Source: Nemertoderma westbladi (taxonomy: Eukaryota > Animalia > Xenacoelomorpha). Taken from it: a DNA stretch of 64,000 bases. The position numbers were made by a program, and so were the translations under genes. This document shows positions 1 to 12,736 of the stretch, one piece after another; position 1 is the stretch's first letter, and every line of letters begins with the position of its first letter. Under the pieces are notes generated by a model. That model made no database searches. It was not told the origin of the DNA and saw only the letters and a list, made by a program, of their open reading frames with translations. Where the stretch lies: NCBI GenBank assembly GCA_032718475.1, contig JAUCBJ010007470.1:39868-103867 (forward strand), given 5' to 3'.

Positions 1-342
1 GTTCCCCCAAGCTTGACACTAGAACAACGCCGCCTCCGCTTTGCAGGACATCGCTTTAAGCCGTGAGGACCAGTCAGTGCACCTCATGGAGTGAATAAGC
101 ATGGTGGACAGCCCATGACTTTCTTGAGAGGCATCTTTCTTACTGTCTTAAAGGACACTGGCCTTGAAGATGCGGATGATCTAGCAAATGTCATGGGTGA
201 TAAGATAAGGTGTAAGGCTGTAAGTGTGTAAGGGAGTTGTGGAGGCGCACTTTTGTCAACAAGCCGGCACAGCATTCTTAATACATAATAGGGCCTATAT
301 ATAATGCACCTGCAATGAATCATGCCGATTGTAGTAGTAGTA
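1..342 (+). mobile_element. RTE-like LINE 3' end remnant, cut by the window start
   Basis: Aligns by eye to the 3' end of the RTE-like copy at ~29009-29320; ends in a short (GTA)n tail. Confidence 0.75.
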
Positions 343-1099
343 TGTGGTGAGGTTATAGGGCTCCTTCAATTGGTAAAGTCAAAAGTGGCCGTTTATTGTT
401 TTAGTTAGAAAAGCCTGCCTCTGTAACCTGTTCCTTTCCCTCAATTGGTTTATGATTATGACGTGTGTTACTTGTTACTTCTGTACTTATTATGTGGAGA
501 CCCCAACACGTTAATCAGTTACTAATCCCATTTCATTATCCTGTTATCCAGCCGTTTTATAATACCCCTTCCTATTGTATTGAAAAATTCGAAGCGATGG
601 TGGTAGCATCAACTTGTAGTATTTCTTTCTGATAGGGCTCCCATTGCCTTAGACGAAATCGTAGCTTGTACTGTAGTTAGCCTTAGCAGCAGCTGCAGTT
701 GGCTAACCTGGCATTGCTACCAGTATACAAATATATAATTACATAATATAATATAATATAATATATAATATAATAATTACAAATATAATTTGTAATTAAA
801 TATTTGTTGGAGCATAATCTAATCTAGTCCTAAAGACACTATAAAGTCCTGGGTACATAAGGCTGTAAGGTTAGACATAACATGAATGTAAATTGTAAAC
901 TAAACAATATGCTAAAAGTAAAGTACAAAGTACCTAGAATGCTAGAATGTACGATTATATTCTAAGTACAGTACAGTCATTACACTGCAGGCAGATACAT
1001 ACAGAGCTGCAAAGGTAACTTTCCATAACTTAACAGCTGTCTGGCTGTCTCTCATCTGTCATGCTTCATGTACCTTTAAGTTCGATTCTCAATGTCACG

Positions 1100-1412
1100 T
1101 CCAAAATTGGACTTAAAGTCCAATATTGGACTTTTGTAAAAATTCAAAGCCTTATAAAAAAAGTCCCCCTGGTGAATTTCAGGTCCCCCTGTTCAAAACT
1201 CTTATTTTTTGATATATTTTCGATTAAAGAAAAAAAATCCCGCCCGATCCAATTACCCAAGGCCCTGGAACAATTGGCAGATTTGAAGTCCAATATTGGA
1301 CTCACAGAAGTCCAATTTTGGACTTGAACTGGAGTCGAAGTCCAATTTTGGACTCAAGTCCAATTTTAGACTTCAAGTCCAATTTTGGACTCCAAAGTCC
1401 AATATTGGACTT
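1100..1412. repeat. Cluster of palindromic AAGTCCAATWTTGGACTT repeats, probably transposon subterminal repeats (second copy ~2952-3228)
   Basis: About 9 copies of a perfect or near-perfect 18-bp palindrome. Confidence 0.7.
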
Positions 1413-1820
1413 TAGTACAACTCCAAGTGTACCCATGCTGCCATAATGTATATCGGTTATTTAAATCAAAACTGCATCCCATATAGGCCTATATTACATA
1501 ATTACAATGCAACATTATTTTAATGATCAAATTAATTATTGTAAGTATTATAAGCAGGGATCGCACACGTACAGTCAGACATCAGTAGGCCCCCTAGTTA
1601 CTTTTTGCAGTAGTGGCTGAGTGGTATGGCTTTGCGGTAGCCTTACTGCCTTAGCGTTAGCGGTGTATACCGCGGTAGCGGTAGTTGAGTTATAGCTGTA
1701 TAGTTCATTCATACCCATACCTGTGGTATTTTCGTATGGCAAAAATAAGACTACTGAAAACTGTAACCTATTATGTAGGCCTAATTGAGTTAATGTTTAT
1801 TGACTAATTGTTTTGATTAG

Positions 1821-2252
1821 GTTCACTGTGTCAAGTACAATATACACATCTCTGCATTTCCAACCAGACACTATATAACATTGGAGTTGGAGGTGTCTCA
1901 TTCAGTCATTGGTTCCCCCAAGCTTGACACTAGAACGAAGCCGCCTCCGCTTTGCAGGACATCGCTTTTAAGCCGTGAGGACCAGCCAGTGGCCAGTGCA
2001 CCTCATGGAGTGAATAAGCATGGTGGACAGCCCATGACTTTCTTGAGACGCATCTTTTTTACTGTCTTAAAGGACACTGGCCTTGAAAATGCGGATGATC
2101 TAGCAAATGTCATGGGTGATAAGGCTGTAAGAGTGTAAGGGAGTTGTGGAGGCGCACTTTTGTCAACAAGCCGGCACAGCATTCTTAATACAGTAATAGG
2201 GTCTATATATATAATGCTGCTGTAATGCAGCATGCCGATTGTAGTAGTAGTA
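1821..2252 (+). mobile_element. RTE-like LINE 3' end remnant
   Basis: GTTCACTGTGTCAAGTACAAT... matches 28940 onward; ends in a (GTA)n tail. Confidence 0.75.
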
Positions 2253-3845
2253 TGTGGTGAGGTGATAGGGCTCCTTCAATTGGTAAAGTCAAAAGTGGCC
2301 GTTTATTGTTTTAGTTAGAAAAGCCTGCCTCTGTAACCTGTTCCTTTCCCTCAATTGGTTTATAATTATGATGTGTGTTACTTCTTACTTCTGTACTTAT
2401 TATGTGGAGACCCCAACACGTTAATCAGTTACTAATCCCCTTTCATTATACAGCTGTTTTAAAACACCCTTCCTGTTGTATGGAAAAATTAGAAGAGATG
2501 GTGGTAGCATCAACTTGTAGTATTTCTTTCTGATAGGGCTCCCATAGGCTTAGACGAAATCATAGCTTGTACTGTAGTTAGCCTTAGCAGCAGCTGTTGT
2601 TGGCAAACCTGGCATTGCTACCAGTTTCCACCAAATATAATTTGTAATTAAATATTTGCAATTTGTTGGAGCATAATCTAATCTAGTCCTAAAGACTCTA
2701 CTGCTCTAAAATCCTGGGTACATAAGGCTGTAAGGTTAGACATAACATGAATGTAAACAATATGCTAAAAGTAAAGTACAAAGTACCTAGAATGCTAGAA
2801 TGTACCATTTAGCCTATATTCTAAGTACAGTACACTGAAGATACATACAGAGCTGCAAAGGTAACTTTCCATAACTTAATAGCTGTCTGGCTGTCTCTCA
2901 TCTGTCATGCTTTATGTACCTTTAAGTTTGATTCTCAATGCTCAATGTCACGTCCAAAATTAGACTTAAAGTCCAATATTGGACTTTTGTAAAAATTCAA
3001 AGCCTTATAAAAAAAGTTCCCCCTGGTGAATTTCAGGTCCCCCTGTTCAAAACTCTTATTTTTTGATATATTTTCGATTAAAAAAAAAAAATCCCGCCCG
3101 ATCCAATTACCCAAGGCCCTGGAACAATTGGCTGATTTGAAGTCCAATATTGGACTCACAGAAGTCCAATTTTGGACTTGAACTGGAGTCGAAGTCCAAT
3201 TTTGGACTCAAGTCCAATTTTTGACTTCTCACCGACTGTCAGAGATTCCCCATAAACCTCTAAAATATAAGATGTAAGATAGGACTATGAGTTGTCAGTG
3301 TCACATCACAATCAATTGAACTATTGAATGAATTTTCAAAATTTCTTGCTGGCACCAAATTTTGCACACGGCTGCACGGCACCGAAAAATACAACATTGA
3401 TGATATGCCTGGTGCAATTCATATATATTCCAACGAGACTAGAACGCCTAAAACCCCTAATTGCGGAAAAAACAGCTTCAAATAATCAATTTACAAAATT
3501 GAATTATTTCAAAATTTGGGGCTGGCACCAAAATTTGGCACCCGCCGCTAAAAACAAGATTAAAATTTCTAGCTAATTTTATATGAATTCCTTTTAGTTA
3601 TTTTCAGTTAGTCTTTTAGTTAGTAGCGTTAGTTTCAGAGAGGGGGGGTGGGGGGTGGGGGGGGGGTGGCTGGTGGCGGGTGGGGTGTTATATTGACTGA
3701 CATGGGCAGAAACTCCAGTCAGCCAGTACGCATTTAGCTACCATTTAAGGATGCAATAAGCTGATAAGGCAGAGATGCCTAGCAAAACCCTTCAAAGCAT
3801 TCGTGACGAAACGAAAACTACCTTCAGACCTTGGCGCTTGGCCCC

Positions 3846-3908
3846 CATGCCGGGGTTGAACCCACAACCTCCGTGAGATGTGAATTCAATATAACCACTA
3901 CACCAAGG
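3846..3908 (-). mobile_element. tRNA-derived SINE head (Pol III A/B boxes)
   Basis: Minus strand TGGTGTAGTGG ... GGTTCAACCCC; no complete cloverleaf. Confidence 0.5.
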
Positions 3909-5335
3909 TGGGCTCTGACAGTCTGAACCAAGGTTGAAGGTCAGAAGGTGGAACAAGTGTCAGAGTTAGTGCTTGTTTTTAACTGACTGACTGATTTAAT
4001 GTCAAATAAAAAAATTCCAATTCCAATTCCAGATACCGTCAGACAGTCAGATCAGATCAGATAAGGACAGACGTTTTAGCCATCCTACAGCCTGACAGCA
4101 CTACGGGACGGCACTGCTACGAGCAGACGAGAAGACTGGACTACCAGACATGCAGACATGTAACCAGCGAGTTTCATACAGTAGTCCTACCGGTACTGGC
4201 TCTGGCTACTGCTGACTGCAGTACCTAGGCTAGAAAAAAAATCAATGGCCGTGAAGGTAGGCCTACCCCAAAATGCATAGGGCCTATTCCCTACAAATGG
4301 AATAGGCCTACCAGCCTGCAGCCTACCATTAATGCATGTAATGGGTAGGCCTACAGCTGTACAGGCAGACAGGGTAACAAACAACTCCATATTTCAGTAT
4401 TTCCAACAGTCCAAACCTACCTGCCTACCTACGCCAAACTGCCAAACTACCAAAAGTCTGATAGGCCCTAGTTGAATTAAAAAAAGTTGAAATTTAATTA
4501 AACCCTTCTCCAAAAGTTGAATTTTAATAATCTCAATCCAGCAATCCTGCATTCAGGCATTCCACATTCTAATGTTCCGATGTACCTCGTTCCGCTAGTA
4601 GAGTCAGAGAGTCAAGCTGTCTGATAGTAGGTACCGGTACCATGGTCTGATGGTACCGGTAGTGATAATAGGCAGTACAGCAGTATCTGGTATCTTACTG
4701 CATGTCTTAGCCAGATCGTCTGACAGTGCTGCAGTCAGGCAGTGTACCGGCATATACAGGCATACTGGTATAGGCAGGGTATTGCTTATCAATATAGCGT
4801 ATGTGTTTTTTTTACATACGCGTATGCGTATGTCTGTATTGTACGTACGTGTACGTATGCCAAATTAATTAGCAATCCACATACGCATACGATATAAAAC
4901 ACATACGCATTTGTGTTTTAAGCAGGCCTAAAGCCGGAGAGGAAGATCAACGATTTCAGCTATCAAGTTTCTTCATAAATATGTAACTGACTCGCTGAAA
5001 ACTCCGGGTGGGAAGATACATTGCGTGTTCGTCGATTTCAGTAAAGCTTTTGATACCGTAGACCGCACCAAACTATTCTTCAAGCTATCTCACCTTGGAG
5101 TCAGCCGACATTTCATTCATGCGATATGGTCTATATTAGCTGTGAACTTTATTCGATTGAGCATTGGCTTGTACCTAAAGAGCCAATCAGCCAAATGATC
5201 GGAGTCCTACAAGGTCATAAATTATCGCCTCTCCTATTTAGCCTCTTCATCGCTGATCTCCCGGCAGCTATAGCCGTCACTGCAGTGTTTCTTCTATTGT
5301 ACGCTGATGATTTGGTTATATATGGTAACTCACTA

Positions 5336-7250
5336 CCCAGTAAAAAATCCGCATGCGTAACGCATTCGTGCCACATGCAGCATTCGTAAAAGGTGCGTGC
5401 AATGTTATTTAAGATTCGTGAAGCCTTCGTCAATGGTTCGTCAGTCCGAATAATTTAACGAATGCGTATAGTATTCGTATCGCATGTGAGATTTCACTTG
5501 TAAATATATTCGTGGCTCATCATTCGTGGCACATGCGATACGAATGCTTCCACTCCACTCAAAAATAATTCGTGGTTCATTCGTTCGTGCCACATGCGAT
5601 ACGAATGCTTCCACTCCACTCAAAAATAATTCGTGGTTCATTCGTTCGTGCCACATGCGATACGAATGCTTAGCCACGCCACTCTTAAAATTGTTCGTGG
5701 TCCATTCGTGACGCATGCGATACGCATGCAAAGCACTCTCAATTAGAGTACCGTACAGACTGTAATACTGGCCAATCACCATTCGGCAAATAATCGAACA
5801 TAGTGTTATTAGTTAGTAGCTCTCTCCCCCTTTGTTACCAGTCAGCCAGTCCCATGTACTTTTACTATATATTTATTTAATGGGTTGCCCAGTAATTCTT
5901 AACTCCCGTTTATTATTTTTGGTTCCCCATTATTTTGGTATGTAAACCTGTTCCCTTTACCAACATGCTTGATATACTGTAATAATGTAAAGGTTATGTA
6001 CTGTAGGCTAGGTGAGATAAATAATGACAACATAAAACTACTGTATTAACTTAAGGAACTACAGTATGTAGGCATACTTATAGTATGTAGGCATCCCCCC
6101 TCCCCCCCCACCCGTAGTTTTAGCCCCTGTACAGTAGTACTCATTTCCCAAAGTTATTACAGTAGTTTTATGTTGTCATTATTTATCTCACCTGGCCTAC
6201 AGTACAGTACCAATACATATTATAAAGCATGTGGAATTTTTATTAAATTGTACGTGTGTACGGTGATATTCTCACACAGTTTCTTAGGCCTCCAGGTCGA
6301 ATTTGTTTAATTCGCTATAAAACGCCATTAAAAAGTCTACTGATATACTGTAGCAGTTAATTACCGGTAACTGCTACAGTAGGCCCTACACTTATTAATG
6401 GTAAAAAAATCTTACAGACAAAATACATCAAAGGCATACATTTTATGAGATGCATCAACATAATTTCAATGTTTTTTTTTACTATATTCTAGAATTTTAA
6501 TTCGCTTTTTTTGGATAATAAGTAATAAAATATATATACTGTATAATAATAATACAAATATATATAATAATAAAATAATATAATATAATAATAGAATAAT
6601 ATAATATAATAATAAAATAATATAATATAATAATATAATAATAAAATATCATAAAAATAATAAACTATCAATAATAATTAATAAGATTAATTAAAAGCTT
6701 GACATTAATATTCTAGATAATAGAATCATCAGAACTATAACGATTTACGTCTGAAATTGCGTGCTCTTGAATTACATCTGAACATTTTTTTTGGGGAAAT
6801 TGAAAATGGCTTTCATATTCGATTCGGAATATTAAGTATATTCAAAAAAATAAAATAAAATTGACACGTTTTAACAGTTGTAAACTGTTAAAACTATGTA
6901 AACTGTAGCGAAATAATAAAAAAAATAAAAATCCTGCGGTAAACATTCGTATAACACTAGTAAAACATTCGTAACGCATTCGTATAGCGTGGGAAACATT
7001 CGTATATAACATGCGGGACGCATTCGTATAGTGTGCGGGAAACATTCGTATAAGATTAGGGGCGCATTCGTAGAATGTGCGGGATTCGAATAAGGTTCGT
7101 ATTACATTCGATATGCGAATAAAGGATGCGTATTTGGTTCGGTTTTCGCATTCGTATCGCATGGTTCATCTATGTAACATTTCAGAATGCGTTACGAATG
7201 CGTGAAATATGCGCCATCCCATGCGTTACGAATGCGGATTTTTTACTGGG
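5336..7250. mobile_element. Non-autonomous TIR DNA transposon (~1.9 kb) with TA target-site duplication
   Basis: TA|CCCAGTAAAAAATCCGCAT ... ATGCGGATTTTTTACTGGG|TA; ~61-bp subterminal repeats at 5510-5720; no transposase ORF. Confidence 0.9.
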
Positions 7251-7590
7251 TAAGTTCAGTTCAGGAATCGCTTATCAAATTAGAAGCTTTTTGTGCGCTT
7301 AATAGTCTAATAGTGAACCTAAAAAAGACAAAAGTATTAAAGTTCCGTCGAGGAGGCCGACTCGCGCGCAATGATAAGATGGTCTATAATAACAAAGAAC
7401 TTGAGTTTGTAAACAACTTCTGTTATTTCGGTGTTGCCCTGACAACCAAAAACACTCCTTCTGGTCACTACTCACACCTTTACTCCAAGGGTATCGCCTC
7501 CAGCCTGCGACTCGCCGCAACTGTCGACCTGCTAGCAATATCTTTGGAATCTGCACACAAGTTGTGGGAATGTGTAATCTTTCCAGCGTG

Positions 7591-7773
7591 CGGCTGTATC
7601 CACTTACGGCTGTATCCACTAACGGCTGTATCCACTTACGGCTGTATCCACTAACGGCTGTATCCACTTACGGCTGTATCCACTTACGGCTGTATCCACT
7701 AACGGCTGTATCCACTTACGGCTGTATCCACTTACGGCTGTATCCACTTACGGCTGTATCCACTTACGGCTGT
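7591..7773. repeat. 16-bp minisatellite (CGGCTGTATCCACTWA)n, ~11 copies, inside the LINE ORF
   Basis: Visible tandem array; accounts for the repetitive ORF translations here. Confidence 0.95.
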
Positions 7774-9889
7774 ATTATTTTCGAACCCAACAAGAACAAA
7801 CACACATCCCTCCCTCATGTCATTAAGACTCGTGCATTCTTCTTCAAACTGTGGTGCGTCATCAGCAAGTTTTCTTCCACCACACGGGTTCTAGAAGCTG
7901 TAGATAGACCATCTCAGGCCGCAATAGACCTGCGATACCTATCTAAGATGCGTCGTCGAGCAGCGGCTCAACTCATATCTAATGTAATGCATCATAAGTT
8001 ATGCTCATCCGGCTGCTGGCGCCCTACAGAGCCCTGCACTTGCAAACTATGCTTTCAATCAGCAAGTGACGTGTCACACATAGTTGCCCCGCAGTCAATG
8101 CCCAGGTTTTTCGCTCTAGCATCCACCTGGCTATTCATTTATACACTATGTAAAATGCTCGTTTACTATTTATACATAGCAATTACTTATTGTGATTCAT
8201 TAGATTTCTCGTTATTATTGTTATTCATATCATTCTGTTGTTATTCATTGCACCGTTGACTCTCCTTTAATCGCTCTCTCCTTAAATTACGTTTTTAACA
8301 ATGTTATTTTATATCCCACTGATGTCGCCTAATTTCACTAATACTATCTTTATTTTATTAAGCAACTTAAGAAAATGTAAATTTATGAGTTAAAATTGTG
8401 TAAATTTGTATTGGGTGTATGTAAATTTTACAATCCGTTGGATTAATAAAGATTACATTAATAATAATAATAAAGTAATATTTTCGCTTATAATGGCTTC
8501 TATCTGTTTTACTGGCCACGGCAGCAGCAGCACTACATCAACAGGACAGCACTACGTCGGTACGTCAATATCATGTCTTATGTTAAAATGATACTGTATG
8601 TGTTTTATGTCAAAATGATATGTGCTATTTTATATGGCTAGTTAATTAGCCAATATATTAGTTAATTTAATTAACATATTATTTTGTCATTTTTGTTCCG
8701 TCACAATCACTCGGGGTTAATAAATATAACTGGGTGACCCCGACCAGATCATCTATCCGATAGTGCAACAATTAGCCCCCCCCCCCCCCTCCCCTCCCGT
8801 GCCAACGCGTTGATGACAGCTGTTATTTGCGTCTATTTTCCCATGGAGGGGGACGAATTTTGATTGCGTCTAAAGTACCCAAATAAAGTCCCCAAGCAAG
8901 AATTATCGTTTATTGCTGAAGGCCATTTATTATATTTAATAAATACACAATGTTCTGGAATATTTTGTTTATGTATGAATAGCTACGCGATAGAGATATT
9001 GTATAAGCATACCGCTGTTGCACACCAACTCATAAAATAAATAACACGTTCTAGAAATTTGTGTATATATTAAATAGAATAAATTGCCTTCAGCAACGAT
9101 AATTCTTGCAATCTTTGAACGGCTTTATTTCAGCTGTTTCTCAACAAAATACATTGTAGTTCCAATCCTTGCAACGAAGCTTTCTAATGATATGAGAAAA
9201 TGACGGGTATTACGGGTCATGCTATGTAATGGTTTTATAGCTAAATTGAACTAAACACAAAACATATGGGCGATGTGTTACAGTTTTATGTTATACAAGC
9301 GAACAGTATTCTATTTAACAATAATGCCTTTAGGCGAAATGGATGTTCCTATTTAATTAATTAACAATGATTAATAACTAGAACTACAGGTTGGCATGCG
9401 TTGGGCCTCGAAGACATTTTATTAAGAAGATTTGCACGCATGGTTTGGACCTCGTCCGTCAGCTGGTTCATTTCGGTATCCAACTCCAGTCAGCCAGTTG
9501 ACGTAGATAGTCGCTTCCAGTTTCCGGAACTGCTGTTTCTTTCTGTCGCTTCAATTCGATGAAAATAAATAAGCTTATAACGAGGGGAAATACTTGTTAA
9601 AAAATATTAAATATCGCAGATTAAATGCGAATCCTCGTAGTTTCCTACCGACACTTTAGTTGTTACGGCACTTGTGTCAAATAGGGGAGCCTCATAATCT
9701 GGTAACCAGATTAGTTAGTGCCCGGGTAGTAAAGGAGCAGGTTACAGAGGCGAGTTGAAAGGAACCAAAACAATAAACGACAGTTAGGAATATTCTTATC
9801 AGATCACCTGCTAAATTTCAGGATTAGCAGATGATTAGGATTAGCAGATTAGGAGGGTTCCCTATTACTTACCGGCAATTAGTTATTTC

Positions 9890-10240
9890 TACTTTAATGG
9901 AATTCGTCGCCATACATTCATTCGCGTTTAATAGACTCCGTCGCCATTGTTCTGGGTTTAATAGTCTCATTTGCATCGTTCCAGGTTTAATAGATTCCAT
10001 CGCATCGTTCCATGTTTAATGGACTCAGTCGCATCCTTCCATGTTTAATGGACTCAGTCGCATCCTTCCATGTTTAATGGACTCAGTCGCATTCTTCCAT
10101 GTTTAATGGACTCAGTCGCATTCTTCCATGTTTAATGGACTCAGTCGCATCGTTCCATGTTTAATGGACTCAGTCGCATCGTTCCATGTTTAATGGACTC
10201 CGTCGCCTTCTTCCTGATCAGGGTTTCATAGATTCCAATA
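9890..10240. repeat. 29-bp minisatellite (CCATGTTTAATGGACTCAGTCGCATYSTT)n with degenerate flanking units
   Basis: About 7 near-identical units at 10010-10205 with no unique spacers. Confidence 0.9.
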
Positions 10241-10799
10241 TCCTATAACTGTTAGCGTCAACGTGATTCTCATACTCCGGTCTGGCCCCGTTGCCAAACC
10301 CAATTCGTACTGTAATGTTATATTAATATACTGTACTGTTTGACCGTAGTGCTCCATTGTCAGTAAAACACATACTGTAGAAGCAATTATAAGTGAACAT
10401 ATTACTTTAGGCCTAGCTTAAAACACATACGCGTATGTGCTATTTCACCTACGCGTATGTGCTATTTCACATACGCGTAGGTGTTTTATAACTTATGCGT
10501 ATGTAGATTTATAATTAATTTGGCGTACGTACGCGTATGTAATAACATATACGCCTATATGTTGAAAAGATATACCCCATAGGCAAGCAATAGAACAACT
10601 GGAAGGGCTACAGATTGGCGGGGAAGGGGTCATTTGAGAAAGATCATTTTAATTAATCTGTATGTTTATTTGGAAAACAGAGATTTCATGACAATTCCTA
10701 AAATTTAATTGGCTATCCAACGGCGCAAACGCCAATTACATAGCTATGTCCAGATGTCAGCACATTAGTTTTCTAGCACTCATCTCCAATATTTTTCGT

Positions 10800-11560
10800 G
10801 CTAAAATTTTTCAAAAGTTTTTAATGTTCTCCAAAATTAATTTCAATTAAATCAAATTAAATCAGGCCATCGAAAACCTTTATTGAGTTTCTTGTTAACA
10901 TTGCTTTAATAAATTTGAATAATTTCCCCTTGATGCCGAATTGATTGTATATTTTCCATAATAAAACAGATCGATTTACAAGGTTAAATGCTTTCTGGAA
11001 ATAAATGGAAGCAACGTAAATAACCCTTCGATTTTGCTGCCCATGTAAAACATGTGTAATGTCCGTCAGCAACGATTTGATCGTCATTAATGTAGACTTA
11101 CCTGGTACAAAACCGAACTGTTCCGGCGGAAAGAGATGATGGATATTGCACTTCACCCGTTTGTTGATAATCGAAGTTAGAAGTTTTAATAAGACACTGA
11201 TCAAGGCTATTATACCTCGATAGTTGTTGGGGACAGTGGTGCTACCTCTCCCTTTGTAAATGAGTTTGATAGTGCTTATTGCCAATTGCGATGGAACAGA
11301 ACCAATGTCAAGGCACCCATTGAACAACATAGTCAGAAGGTAAATTATTTGCGGAAGAGAAATCTTTATATGTTCATAATAAACTCCGTCAGGCCCACAA
11401 GCCTTCTTTGACTATGAATTATGGACTGCGTGTTCAATTTCTTCCTCATTGACAGAGACATTATACCAATCGTCAGTAACACATTCTTCAGCAGTTACAG
11501 TAGGAGATGGTGGGGTGTTTGTAGGATTACTCACTACACCAAGGAGACTTTCAAAGTAAC
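10800..11560 (-). mobile_element. LINE reverse transcriptase N-terminal fragment
   Basis: ORF 10857-11330: LIYKGRG...NYRGIIALISVLLKLL...EQFGFVPGKST...FQKAFNLVNR. Confidence 0.85.
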
Positions 11561-12252
11561 CATCTATTACTTCGTGGGGGATCGGGCAGGCTGATTATGT
11601 TTCGCCTCTTGGATAAGCGTCCATGGTTTGATCTCGCAATGTAATATAATGCAATATAACAATCAAGAACTCAAATATAACATAACAATATAACATTCGA
11701 GAAAATTTCTTCTAATTTTGAATGCCTTTTCCCCTCCCTCTGTCAGTTGGACACGTAAAAACAAGTTCCTACTGTACATGCCTAGCAAGTACGATAAATT
11801 AACAATAGCCACAAAATTAAACTGATTTAATGACCTTATACGTTCTTTTGGATGCTGATCATGACTGCATGAATACATAGTTGCGTTTACGATTTTCTAA
11901 TACACGCTAGTGGTTTGAAGCCACTTTGTGGTTTTACGTAGACATAAACATACATATATACATCGTGTTTTTGACGGTCTCAGCTTTATTTAAGGTTAAA
12001 TTTGTAAATTGACGACTAAAAGCATGAAATTATCACAATTTAAAAAAATCTGATCATAAATACCAAAATAATTGACTACTGTACTTTCGTAGTGAAGCAG
12101 CCCTGTATAGAGCAACCGGTTGAAATCTAGATCACCTTGCAAGCATTGAAACTCAGGACACACAACATCTGTATTGTATGATTAAAAGTTAGGATACATA
12201 TCATGCCTACCAACATAAAGATGGATATTAGTGACTTGTGCTTCCAAAATGA

Positions 12253-12736
12253 GTTGTGGGGCGAGTCACGTAAGTCCCGGTGAGCCTTATCGTAGGGGTA
12301 TAGTTAGTGGACCCGTCTGTCGTCGTCGTCTTTCGTCGTCGTAAATTTTTGAACGCTAATAAGACGGCCAATCATTGATGAAATGGAACCAAACTTGGTA
12401 CACATGTAGTCTATCAAAAGTTTTAGAAGTTGTACAAAGATACAGACTACTATATTTCATATGTCTGCCGCTAGGGCGCGAATTGACATAAACGTAAAAG
12501 TAGCTGTAATTATAGAACCAACCATCAGATTCATCTGAAATGTTTTAGGAGTGACCTACGGGCATTGCCGAATAAAGAAATTCTGCTCACAGATAGATTT
12601 TTTCAGTTCCTCTTTCTGTCGCTAGGAGGCGAATGAGTAGGTCCACTAATTGTACCTCTACGCAAAGGCTCATCCGGACTTACCTGCTGCGCGAAGTCCC
12701 TACTTACGTGCTGCGCGAAGTCCCCACTAACGTGTT
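12253..12736 (-). mobile_element. Helentron/DINE-1-like non-autonomous element, same family as 38071-38690
   Basis: Ends TTGTGGGGCGAG... and ...GCTGCGCGAAGTCCCCACTAACGTGT are reverse complements of the 38071-38690 ends; internal inverted repeat and GTC-type microsatellite. Confidence 0.55.

Larger units (their letters stand above)
1..3228. repeat. Diverged tandem duplication: 1-~1374 repeated at 1912-~3228
   Basis: Collinear match starting GTTCCCCCAAGCTTGACACTAGAAC at 1 and 1912, running through the AAGTCCAAT cluster with substitutions and small indels. Confidence 0.9.
4934..8475 (+). mobile_element. Degraded non-LTR retrotransposon (RT plus C-terminal region), split by a DNA transposon at 5336-7250
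   Basis: VFVDFSKAFD, GVLQGHKLSPLLFSLFI, LLYADDLVIY; resumes after the insertion with NLKKTKVLKF...FCYFGV; CKLC...H motif; AATAAA and (TAA)n tail near 8446-8475. Confidence 0.85.

Noticed and set aside
10010-10205. 29-bp repeats of CRISPR-like length (also the 28-bp and 26-bp arrays)
   Set aside because: Units are contiguous with no unique spacers, there are no cas genes, and the context is eukaryotic.
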